NCBI GenBank assembly: GCA_900128565.1 | Contig: LT635950.1 | Span: 1-34,728 of the forward strand | Length of the DNA: 34,728 nucleotides | From: Stramenopiles sp. TOSAG23-6 | Lineage: Eukaryota | Direction of reading: 5' to 3' | Shown: positions 22,457 to 34,728 of the stretch, piece by piece | Layout of the letters: the number at the start of each line of letters is the position of its first letter | Numbering within the stretch: position 1 is the first letter of the stretch | Notes under the pieces: generated by a model | Database searches by the model: none | What the model saw: the letters and a program-made list of their open reading frames with translations, nothing else | Told to the model about the DNA's origin: nothing | Translations under genes and position numbers: made by a program

Positions 22457-25016
22457 TTAATCATTATATTGTGTTTTTTGAAAATATTTCATCCATTGAG
22501 TTGAACAGCCTCGAGCATTATTGATAATTTTTGTCTTTTGTTTCGTTCTTTGACGTTTATGTTTTGCATTTGCTAGTTTGATCTTTGCTAAATTATCATC
22601 AAATTTGCTTTTTTTATTTCGTGTTTTTTTACTTTGTCGTGGTACTGCCGGATGTCGACTTTTTAAATTATGTGGTACTAAAATTACCTTTTTGTTTTTT
22701 TTCTCTTTTCCATTTTGATTTGATGTACTATTTAATGTACTATTTAATTCTCTACGAATTGAAGTCTTGGTGTCGTATTTCGTTTTTTCTTCATCGCTCT
22801 CATCGTCTGTGACTAATACTTCTTTCAAACCTCGATCAAATAATTCCGATTTCCTTTCAAATTCTTTTTGTCGTGCAACTCGACGAGGATGCGGTGCTAA
22901 CTTAGATCCAAGTTGATTTGCTAATAAATAAACATCACCACGCTCCCCACTGCCAAATGTACAACTTGGTGCTCTTTTAAATCGGGAGTCAAAATGTGAA
23001 ACAACTTTATCAGGAAAATTTGCAGTTGTTGTTTCAGAATATGATGTAGACACACATATTTTGTGAAAAAATATGCCAAAAAAAAACAAAAATTCGTTAG
23101 GTATATAAAATTTGATACAAAAAAAATAATTTCGAAATTCATAATAAAAACATACCCATAGAATTATGAATTACTCGATATAAATCGTCTCTATCTGCAG
23201 CACCAAAATCATGATCACATGAAGATTTTCGACGTTTTGCTGCTGCATTATCAAAAGTTGATGTTACAATTGTAGAGTCGTGCTGATCACTTTTATCTAT
23301 AAACTGAACAGTATTTAAAACATTTGACAATTTCTCACAATCTTCTCGACTTGATTTTCCAAAATCAACACGAGAGGGTGTTCGAAAGCGTGAGTTATGT
23401 GTAGTGTAAAATACTTTATGGTAATCAATACTATCATTCACTTGAGACATATCCTGTGGTAATAAAGCACCTAAATCATTGTGTCGTTTATAAATATCAG
23501 ATCGTTTTGATTTTCCAAAATCAACAGACGGTGGATTAGGTACACGTGAATTATGTTTGGTATAGAATACCTTATTATAATCAACAGAATCACCAAACTC
23601 TGACATATCACGAGGTCGAAGTCCACCAAGCAGATTTGCTTGTTTTAACATATCATCTCTTGTTGAAGCACCAAAATCAACAGACGGTGGATTAGGTACA
23701 CGTGAATTATGTTTGGTATAGAATACCTTATTATAATCAACAGAATCACCAAACTCTGACATATCACGAGGTCGAAGTCCACCAAGTAGATTTGCATGTT
23801 TTAACATCTCTTCTCGGCTTGAAGCACCAAAATCAACACGTGAGGGTGTTCGAAAACGTGAGTTATGTTCCGTTGTAAACGCTTTATTATAATCTATGGA
23901 GTCATTGAACTCTGACATATCTCTAGGTAGTAATGCTCCTAAATCATTATTACGAAATTTTATGTCGTCTCGTTGTGAAACACCAAAATCAACACGAGAG
24001 GGTGTTCGAAAGCGTGAGTTATGTGTAGTGTAAAATACTTTATGGTAATCAACACTATCATTCACTTGAGACTTATCCTGTGGTAATAAAGCACCTAAAT
24101 CATTGTGTCGTTTATAAATATCAGATCTTTTTGATTTTCCAAAATCAACAGATGGTGGATTAGGTACACGTGAATTATGTTTTGTGTAGAATACCTTATT
24201 ATAGTCAACTGAATCAATTTCGTCGGATTTATCAATCACACGAGCACCAGGCATGCCTGTGGCTAATTTCGCTGCAGAAATTCTTGAAGATGCTCCAAAA
24301 TCAACACGTGATGGTGTTCGAAAACGTGAGTTATGTTCCGTTGTAAACGCTTTATTATAATCTATGGAATCCCCGAATTCTGACATATCTCTAGGTAATG
24401 TTTGTTCTAATTCATTGTGTCGTTTATAAATATCAGATCGTTTTGATTTTCCAAAATCAACAGACGGTGGATTAGGTACACGTGAATTATGTTTGGTATA
24501 GAATACCTTATTATAATCAACAGAATCACCAAACTCTGACATATCACGAGGTCGAAGTCCACCAAGCAGATTTGCTTGTTTTAACATATCATCTCTTGTT
24601 GAAGCACCAAAATCAACAGACGGTGGATTAGGTACACGTGAATTATGTTTGGTATAGAATACCTTATTATAATCAACAGAATCACCAAACTCTGACATAT
24701 CACGAGGTCGAAGTCCACCAAGCAGATTTGCATGTTTTAACATATCATCTCGACTAGAGGCACCAAAATCCACAGAAGGGGCATTCGGTGTTCGAGATTC
24801 TGAATATGTCACTCGTTTTTTGGTGTTTTTGGAAGAAGAGGCTTGTTCTGAAAAAAAATGTTTTAACTTTTCATCTGCCAACTGTCCTTTTCGTGTTCTT
24901 TCATCCAGAGATTTTTTGTAATTGGTTTGTGCAGACTTTGTACGCCTTGCTATTGACTCTCTTTCATGCCTTGGGAATGTTTTGTTTGTATCTGGTGACG
25001 AATTTGGGCGATTCAT
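22457..25016 (-). CDS. 52-aa tandem-repeat protein (copy 3)
   Basis: Direct copy of 4704-7263. Confidence 0.78.
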
Positions 25017-26051
25017 TTCGTACTTTTTCCGTGAACACAGAGGGAAATAATAGCACTTGGTGCCAGCAGAAGTAATTTTTTTTTTGAAACGTTATCCTTA
25101 TTTTTTAACGTACGATACAATTTTTAGATTTCGATTGATTTCGTGTTTTCAAACATCATTTTTGTGACTGAGTCTTTCTTTGACGTGTCCGGTGGTGGCC
25201 AAACACAAAACAATGTCTACTTTTTAGTCCACAATATCATGATCATACTACGTTGTACATTGTTCAAAGGTAATTAACATAATTGTATTTAACACAACAA
25301 TTATGTTGGATATCCGTTTGTATAGTAAAAAAAAGAAAAAAAAGAAACGTGGAGCAAGAGGAAAGAAGAAAAAAACAGGTCCAAAGTCAAAAAGTCAACA
25401 AAACTCTCAAATTGTATCCCAGCAACATCCTGCAAACAAAACAGCATTAATTTCAGATCACATTTTACCATTACATAATTTATATGATGATAAACATGTG
25501 TGTTCTAAACCCAATTCAAATATATATTTGGTTGATAAAAACAAAATCGTGTCCAAAGCAGTAAAAAAAGAGAGTTTTTCAAAGAATCAAACCTCTGTAA
25601 AAAAAGAGAGTTTTTCAAAGAATCAAACCTCAGTAAAAAAAGAGAGTTTTTCAAAGAATCAAACCTCCTTGACTGAAAAAAAAACATATATTGTCTAGAG
25701 AGGAACCTTCTTATTCTACTTCATCATATTCTCTCGACTGGAAAACAACACATAGTATATCTCAAAAACATCACTATAACTGGGCATCCAAACACAAGAT
25801 ATTACATACTATTGACACTATTGACAACAAAACTGTAGATTTGTTGAACGAGAATAAATGGCATTACGAAAGTAATGCACCTAAAAATACAATTGTAATT
25901 GAAAAGCCTAACCCTATCGATGTTGATGTATTTGATACTGATTTAGAAGTAATTGGTGATACACTACGTACATTAACACAACAAGATTCATATTGTTTGC
26001 CTTCTTTGTTATTACAAGATTGTTCGTTAGGTACAAAATTTGGTACAGATT

Positions 26052-26090
<39 letters not shown>

Positions 26091-26092
26091 AA

Positions 26093-26389
26093 NNNNNNNN
26101 NNNNNNNNNNNNNNNNNNNNNNNNNNNNNNNNNNNNNNNNNNNNNNNNNNNNNNNNNNNNNNNNNNNNNNNNNNNNNNNNNNNNNNNNNNNNNNNNNNNN
26201 NNNNNNNNNNNNNNNNNNNNNNNNNNNNNNNNNNNNNNNNNNNNNNNNNNNNNNNNNNNNNNNNNNNNNNNNNNNNNNNNNNNNNNNNNNNNNNNNNNNN
26301 NNNNNNNNNNNNNNNNNNNNNNNNNNNNNNNNNNNNNNNNNNNNNNNNNNNNNNNNNNNNNNNNNNNNNNNNNNNNNNNNNNNNNNNNN
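26093..26389. other. Scaffold gap (N run) between inverted copies 3 and 4
   Basis: Continuous n characters. Confidence 0.99.
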
Positions 26390-26391
26390 TT

Positions 26392-26430
<39 letters not shown>

Positions 26431-27465
26431 AATCTGTACCAAATTTTGTACCTAACGAACAATCTTGTAATAACAAAGAAGGCAAACAATATGAATCTTG
26501 TTGTGTTAATGTACGTAGTGTATCACCAATTACTTCTAAATCAGTATCAAATACATCAACATCGATAGGGTTAGGCTTTTCAATTACAATTGTATTTTTA
26601 GGTGCATTACTTTCGTAATGCCATTTATTCTCGTTCAACAAATCTACAGTTTTGTTGTCAATAGTGTCAATAGTATGTAATATCTTGTGTTTGGATGCCC
26701 AGTTATAGTGATGTTTTTGAGATATACTATGTGTTGTTTTCCAGTCGAGAGAATATGATGAAGTAGAATAAGAAGGTTCCTCTCTAGACAATATATGTTT
26801 TTTTTTCAGTCAAGGAGGTTTGATTCTTTGAAAAACTCTCTTTTTTTACTGAGGTTTGATTCTTTGAAAAACTCTCTTTTTTTACAGAGGTTTGATTCTT
26901 TGAAAAACTCTCTTTTTTTACTGCTTTGGACACGATTTTGTTTTTATCAACCAAATATATATTTGAATTGGGTTTAGAACACACATGTTTATCATCATAT
27001 AAATTATGTAATGGTAAAATGTGATCTGAAATTAATGCTGTTTTGTTTGCAGGATGTTGCTGGGATACAATTTGAGAGTTTTGTTGACTTTTTGACTTTG
27101 GACCTGTTTTTTTCTTCTTTCCTCTTGCTCCACGTTTCTTTTTTTTCTTTTTTTTACTATACAAACGGATATCCAACATAATTGTTGTGTTAAATACAAT
27201 TATGTTAATTACCTTTGAACAATGTACAACGTAGTATGATCATGATATTGTGGACTAAAAAGTAGACATTGTTTTGTGTTTGGCCACCACCGGACACGTC
27301 AAAGAAAGACTCAGTCACAAAAATGATGTTTGAAAACACGAAATCAATCGAAATCTAAAAATTGTATCGTACGTTAAAAAATAAGGATAACGTTTCAAAA
27401 AAAAAATTACTTCTGCTGGCACCAAGTGCTATTATTTCCCTCTGTGTTCACGGAAAAAGTACGAA

Positions 27466-30025
27466 ATGAATCGCCCAAATTCGTCACCAGATACAAACAA
27501 AACATTCCCAAGGCATGAAAGAGAGTCAATAGCAAGGCGTACAAAGTCTGCACAAACCAATTACAAAAAATCTCTGGATGAAAGAACACGAAAAGGACAG
27601 TTGGCAGATGAAAAGTTAAAACATTTTTTTTCAGAACAAGCCTCTTCTTCCAAAAACACCAAAAAACGAGTGACATATTCAGAATCTCGAACACCGAATG
27701 CCCCTTCTGTGGATTTTGGTGCCTCTAGTCGAGATGATATGTTAAAACATGCAAATCTGCTTGGTGGACTTCGACCTCGTGATATGTCAGAGTTTGGTGA
27801 TTCTGTTGATTATAATAAGGTATTCTATACCAAACATAATTCACGTGTACCTAATCCACCGTCTGTTGATTTTGGTGCTTCAACAAGAGATGATATGTTA
27901 AAACAAGCAAATCTGCTTGGTGGACTTCGACCTCGTGATATGTCAGAGTTTGGTGATTCTGTTGATTATAATAAGGTATTCTATACCAAACATAATTCAC
28001 GTGTACCTAATCCACCGTCTGTTGATTTTGGAAAATCAAAACGATCTGATATTTATAAACGACACAATGAATTAGAACAAACATTACCTAGAGATATGTC
28101 AGAATTCGGGGATTCCATAGATTATAATAAAGCGTTTACAACGGAACATAACTCACGTTTTCGAACACCATCACGTGTTGATTTTGGAGCATCTTCAAGA
28201 ATTTCTGCAGCGAAATTAGCCACAGGCATGCCTGGTGCTCGTGTGATTGATAAATCCGACGAAATTGATTCAGTTGACTATAATAAGGTATTCTACACAA
28301 AACATAATTCACGTGTACCTAATCCACCATCTGTTGATTTTGGAAAATCAAAAAGATCTGATATTTATAAACGACACAATGATTTAGGTGCTTTATTACC
28401 ACAGGATAAGTCTCAAGTGAATGATAGTGTTGATTACCATAAAGTATTTTACACTACACATAACTCACGCTTTCGAACACCCTCTCGTGTTGATTTTGGT
28501 GTTTCACAACGAGACGACATAAAATTTCGTAATAATGATTTAGGAGCATTACTACCTAGAGATATGTCAGAGTTCAATGACTCCATAGATTATAATAAAG
28601 CGTTTACAACGGAACATAACTCACGTTTTCGAACACCCTCACGTGTTGATTTTGGTGCTTCAAGCCGAGAAGAGATGTTAAAACATGCAAATCTACTTGG
28701 TGGACTTCGACCTCGTGATATGTCAGAGTTTGGTGATTCTGTTGATTATAATAAGGTATTCTATACCAAACATAATTCACGTGTACCTAATCCACCGTCT
28801 GTTGATTTTGGTGCTTCAACAAGAGATGATATGTTAAAACAAGCAAATCTGCTTGGTGGACTTCGACCTCGTGATATGTCAGAGTTTGGTGATTCTGTTG
28901 ATTATAATAAGGTATTCTATACCAAACATAATTCACGTGTACCTAATCCACCGTCTGTTGATTTTGGAAAATCAAAACGATCTGATATTTATAAACGACA
29001 CAATGATTTAGGTGCTTTATTACCACAGGATATGTCTCAAGTGAATGATAGTATTGATTACCATAAAGTATTTTACACTACACATAACTCACGCTTTCGA
29101 ACACCCTCTCGTGTTGATTTTGGAAAATCAAGTCGAGAAGATTGTGAGAAATTGTCAAATGTTTTAAATACTGTTCAGTTTATAGATAAAAGTGATCAGC
29201 ACGACTCTACAATTGTAACATCAACTTTTGATAATGCAGCAGCAAAACGTCGAAAATCTTCATGTGATCATGATTTTGGTGCTGCAGATAGAGACGATTT
29301 ATATCGAGTAATTCATAATTCTATGGGTATGTTTTTATTATGAATTTCGAAATTATTTTTTTTGTATCAAATTTTATATACCTAACGAATTTTTGTTTTT
29401 TTTTGGCATATTTTTTCACAAAATATGTGTGTCTACATCATATTCTGAAACAACAACTGCAAATTTTCCTGATAAAGTTGTTTCACATTTTGACTCCCGA
29501 TTTAAAAGAGCACCAAGTTGTACATTTGGCAGTGGGGAGCGTGGTGATGTTTATTTATTAGCAAATCAACTTGGATCTAAGTTAGCACCGCATCCTCGTC
29601 GAGTTGCACGACAAAAAGAATTTGAAAGGAAATCGGAATTATTTGATCGAGGTTTGAAAGAAGTATTAGTCACAGACGATGAGAGCGATGAAGAAAAAAC
29701 GAAATACGACACCAAGACTTCAATTCGTAGAGAATTAAATAGTACATTAAATAGTACATCAAATCAAAATGGAAAAGAGAAAAAAAACAAAAAGGTAATT
29801 TTAGTACCACATAATTTAAAAAGTCGACATCCGGCAGTACCACGACAAAGTAAAAAAACACGAAATAAAAAAAGCAAATTTGATGATAATTTAGCAAAGA
29901 TCAAACTAGCAAATGCAAAACATAAACGTCAAAGAACGAAACAAAAGACAAAAATTATCAATAATGCTCGAGGCTGTTCAACTCAATGGATGAAATATTT
30001 TCAAAAAACACAATATAATGATTAA
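27466..30025 (+). CDS. 52-aa tandem-repeat protein (copy 4)
   Basis: Inverted copy of 4704-7263. Confidence 0.78.
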
Positions 30026-30108
30026 AAAATTATAAAACCCTACGTAACCCTCCCAATGGATGAAATATTTTCAAAAAACACAATATTATGACTTTAAAAA
30101 TTATAAAT

Positions 30109-31271
30109 TTATTTCACTTTCGAAACAACAATTTTTTGTGATCCTTTCCACTCTTCGCCAACGTCAAGCACAATTTTATTATTTATTTGAGCGACTTCGT
30201 AACATATCATATTATGATATTCATCATCATTTAAATCAGTCATGTTTTGTACAAAAATATGTTTAAAGTTTAAAATTTGTTAGGTAAAAATTTCGTAGAA
30301 AAAAAAATGAGGGGTAACCCCTAACCCTAACCATAATTTTAAATGTAAGAAAAACCAACATGCGTTTTGATTTTTCAATCCAAGGATTCCACAATACACC
30401 ATCACGAAATCCTTGTGTATTATTTGTATTCGATGAATGATCCGAAAACACATTGATACAAGTTGTATCGTCTTGTAAAATAATATTTGAAGGTGCATTT
30501 AGATAAATCCGATCCATCTCATTTTCAATTGTAATTTCTTTTTCACTTTCTGTTTTTCGTGTTCGATTATCCAAGGAATCCAAATATGTACATCCAAGTA
30601 ATCCATTAACCTTTGTAGCATTGGTGTTTAGACGAAAATATGTATGAAGAGCCTGTATGATAATGATGTATCCAATAAAATATATGAAATATTAGATTTG
30701 GAAAATCTTAAATTAAAAATTAAAAAATCATTGAAGGTAAAATTACAGCAGTAAACTCAAATTTTTGTTTTCCATTGTTTGTTACAATTAAATCTTGTTG
30801 TAAAGTGTTTTCAGTAATTGAAATATGCATTTTTAAGTTATACTTGTAAGGCCAACTTTTTACAAATGTGGAAAGAGACAACGAAGTTGAACATGAAGTT
30901 ATTTCGTCTTTATCATTTCTATGTTGTATGATGTCACTATCATGAGTCCATGTCAACGTCCGTGCAAACCCATGACTTTTCTTCATTGGTCCACAATCAC
31001 TAAATTGAGGGAAGCATATAGGTATTCCACCACGAATTGCTTTTGGAGGTTTGAACACCGCTTTTTCACTAAGAAAGAGAATTTCACTGCCATTTAGCGT
31101 CCAAGAGGTAATATGACCCCCATGTAAGCAAACTATGACTGTAGCAGACGAAGTTTGTAACTTTACATGTGGCAGAGGAGGACGTGGGAAACTTGAATCA
31201 TTCTCTTTTGAGATTTTATTTGATTGTAATGAATCATTCTCTTTTGAGATTTTATTTGATTGTAATGCCAT
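30109..31271 (-). CDS. Glucose-6-phosphate 1-epimerase (copy 4)
   Basis: Inverted copy of 3458-4620. Confidence 0.88.
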
Positions 31272-31993
31272 TTGTGTAAACGAATACTTTAGAAAACTTA
31301 GTGCTAGTACACAATTTGCAGTATACTTCGGGGTACCCACTCGTGATGTTTTTTGAAACTTTTTTCGTGGAAATGCCAGCCCTAACCCTAGTCCGTATTT
31401 AAAAAAGTATTTTTTCAGATCCGGTGATTTTCTTTTTTCTCTCGGCGTTAAATTAAAGACTACCTCATCCTATATACTACTATTCAGTACTACTATATAT
31501 ACGACTATACACTGTATTACATATTGATACACTACTATACTACAATAATTTTACTAATAGAGAGATTCATCTAATAATTTCTTGACGAATAGTGTCAAAA
31601 AAATGTTTGGTCTTAAAACACTAGTATTTAGTATTGTTGTTTTAATAGGAATTGGTCTTTATTTTGGTATTGTTTCGATGGAAACACCTTCCAAAACGAA
31701 AACATTAATTAAAACAAAGAAATTAGAAGCTCATGAAAGTGAGCCTCAACAACCAAAGAGTTTAATGCCAAGCTTTCGCTTTCGTAACTTTAGCACTTAT
31801 TGAATGACTATCAATTTTACACAGGGTTCCATAGAAACTTATTTCTATACAGAAAGTTTTCACTATTATATTTTGAGTTATATACGTTATATATTGAGTG
31901 GGTCATAGGTAATATATACCTTTGATTGGGCAGCCATAATAAAACTAATAAAATACATATGATATTGATAATATTGTTTTATTAAGAAGCGTA

Positions 31994-34585
31994 TTAAAAA
32001 TCAAGAATTGCATCTTCATCAAATTCGCTATATCCGCTATCACTTACGTCACCTGAAATATTGATACTATTTGAATCATCTTTATTCGGGCTGTTATTAT
32101 TTGTTTGTCTTATGGTTAGGGTTTTGCTATCCTGTTCTTCAGATGAAGTTGTTACTTTATTATTTTTCTTATTTTCTGTTTGATCTTTAGACTTGGGCTG
32201 ATATGTACGAAGTTTCGTACCTAATGAAATCTGAATTTTTTCAGTGTCATCCTTTGGAGAAACTGGAATAATAATTGTTTTAGCTGGTGGTGCAGGTATT
32301 GGAAAACCTTCATAAGCAATGACGTCACTTGCTCGGCTATAATCACTCCAACCACCTAATACTGAAAAAGCTCGTACGCGACAAATGTACTTACGCCCTC
32401 GTTCTAATAAGTGACCACGTATTAAAAATGTATTTATTGTTATACTGGTTGCTCTTGTAATCGAACTTTTTTTTTTAGAGTTTTTTAGAGTTTTTTGTGT
32501 GTTTTGTATGTTTTCTGTATTTCGTGTTGGAGTGGTATGCGAATGTACTAAAGAATTCGATATATTATCATCATCCTTCGTATCGAATTCTGTATTATTC
32601 ATTGCATCATCTTTATCAAATGCTGCAGCTGTTATACTACTTACCCCACCAGCTGTACGCCAACCCCCAATGAACTATGGAAAAAAATGTCAAATTGAAC
32701 ATTTGTTAGTTTTTGTAACTTTTGAATTCTTTTGGATTCAGTACAAAAATAATAAATTTGAAATTAAATGATGAAAAACGTACATATATCGATGACCAAT
32801 TTGAACTTCATATTGTGTTGCACCTAAAACATCAGGCCATCGAATTGTGATACCAGAAAAAGAAATACCATTTTTTTGAAGTCTTGGTGGTGGTGGACGT
32901 GTTGTTGTTGGCGGTGGAGTCGGTGGTACAATTTGTTTTTCATATTTTAAATTGTTTTTTTGAAATTTATTATTCACTTCTAAAGACTCATTTAATTGGT
33001 CTGATTCATGTAATAAGTGTATTGGTTTCATTCCATCTATGTTGTCATTAATACTACATCGACGGTCTGCCTCTACAACTTGGTCAAGTTCCTCTTCATT
33101 GATGATACCTTTACTGTATATGTATTGTGAAAAAATATGTTACATTCCAAAGTTCATGTTATAAAAAAATGAATAAATACATTTAAAATTAATGATGAAA
33201 AAGCATAGAGACTCTNAAAAAAAATANTTATGATGAAAACGTACTGCTCTCTAGCAATTTGAACTACATCACTTTCCATTGACATATTTGAGATATTCGA
33301 CATTGCACTGCTAAACCGTTTCCGACTTTTATCATTCATGGTAGAATTATCATTATTATCATTAGTGAATAAACTAAACTGAACAGGTGTTTCGTGATGG
33401 TTAGTTTTGTTACCACTATCCGATAATGAAAAATCATCATCATCAAATTTTGTAACTGTTTTTTCTTTTTTAATATGATCATTTTCTGAATTTAAAGATT
33501 TTGATCGTCTTCGATTCGTTTTATTAGTTAATGGAGAACCAATACGAACTTGTGGAAAAGGTGTTAATAATAAAGATTTTGTTGAATTTGTAGTAAAATC
33601 TGTACTTGGTGAATAATTTATGGAAATATTATTTGGAGTATTTCGTATATTTGATGATAAATGATTGGGGTTAGGGTTTGTATTCTTTTCACCTATATTG
33701 TGTTGACGTTCCATCAGTGGAGGGCATAAACCTGCTAATAATTCTGATGCTTGAACAGCTGCATTTACTTTTGTAGTATGTGTTACTGATCCTTCACAAG
33801 CTATCTGTACTAAAATGGTACGAAGCTTTTTAGACCAGATATTTTCATACCGATTTTCAGAATAATAATTATGAAATTTGTTTTGATCAACAGTTTTGTT
33901 TACTATATCATCAATAATACCATGCTCTTTATCACTATTTGCTATTCCCAGAAATCGTAATAATGATGCAGTCGCACTGTCCCATGATACGCTTAAGTTG
34001 CAATTCAATTGCTTAGTTAAGAAAATATTATCCTTTGTATTATTATTATTATTAGTAGTAGTAGTAGTAGAATCATTTGTATTATTATTATTATTATTAG
34101 TAATAGTAGTAGAATCATTTGTATTATTATTAGTAGTAGTAGTAATAGTATTATTATTAGTAGTAATAGTAGTAGAATCATTTGTATTCTTCTTCTTATT
34201 ATTATTATTAGTAGTAGTCGTAGTAGAACAGTCTTTTTCATCTAGAGATTTAAGTGGTAACTCCAAATCAATTAATTGAACAGGCAGAAAAGTGTTTGTA
34301 CCAAAAGACAACCATTGCATGTATTTTGAAAAAATATGTTTTACATTTTGAAATTCATAAAGTACAAAAAAAAATTGTACGGAAAAAAAAAATTGAAATT
34401 CATTATGAAAATATATTCCAAAAAAAAAATTCTTTGTTTAGGTACAAAATTTCGTACCAAAAAAAATAAATTTAAAATTCATTATGAAAACATACATCAC
34501 TTTAACATCTTTTTTATAAAGGTCATGTAAATATTCTTGAGTACACACGGATACATCAATTGGTGGTCTTACTTGCAATGCTCCA
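31994..34585 (-). CDS. PDZ/FN3 protein, 3' part (copy 4)
   Basis: Inverted copy of 144-2735. Confidence 0.65.
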
Positions 34586-34728
34586 ATGTTTTGTAAAAAA
34601 ATATGTCATTTTTTTTTGTTAGGTACAAATTTTTATAATAAAAAAATACGTACAAAAACCAAACAAAAAAATACATCGGATTTGGATTATCTAGAAAAAA
34701 ACATTCGAAATTGATGGTGCGTAAACGT

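Larger units (their letters stand above)
17754..26092 (+). repeat. Copy 3 (direct) of unit
   Basis: Starts acgtttacgcacc as at position 1. All ORFs are shifted by 17753. Ends polyA-tttaa before the N gap. Confidence 0.97.
26390..34728 (-). repeat. Copy 4 (inverted) of unit
   Basis: Reverse complement of 1-8339 (p maps to 34729-p). Confidence 0.97.

Noticed and set aside
25914-26568. ORFs spanning the N gap
   Set aside because: Artefacts of translating Ns.

Overview
This is AT-rich microbial-eukaryote DNA with only about 9.5 kb of unique sequence. One 8,339-bp unit appears four times in alternating orientation (1-8339 +, 8340-16623 -, 17754-26092 +, 26390-34728 -), with a unique 1,130-bp segment (16624-17753) and an N gap. 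This arrangement is most likely an assembly or amplification artefact. The unit carries a multi-exon PDZ + fibronectin-III protein gene, a glucose-6-phosphate 1-epimerase (aldose 1-epimerase family) gene, a gene for a 52-aa tandem-repeat protein, a small putative membrane ORF and a disrupted or truncated Lys-rich gene. The main finding is that seven of the eight well-supported introns appear to be non-canonical GT-AT introns. They share a GTAYGTTT-type donor, often a CTAAC branch-like site, and a fixed 20-nt 3' motif (CATATTTTTTYACAAWACAT). All seven restore the reading frame at that AT. In the epimerase no AG acceptor can yield the conserved C-terminal motif. The introns resemble each other and carry imperfect inverted repeats, which suggests an introner-like family and unusual 3' splice-site selection. 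These splice models are inferred from sequence only and need RNA confirmation.
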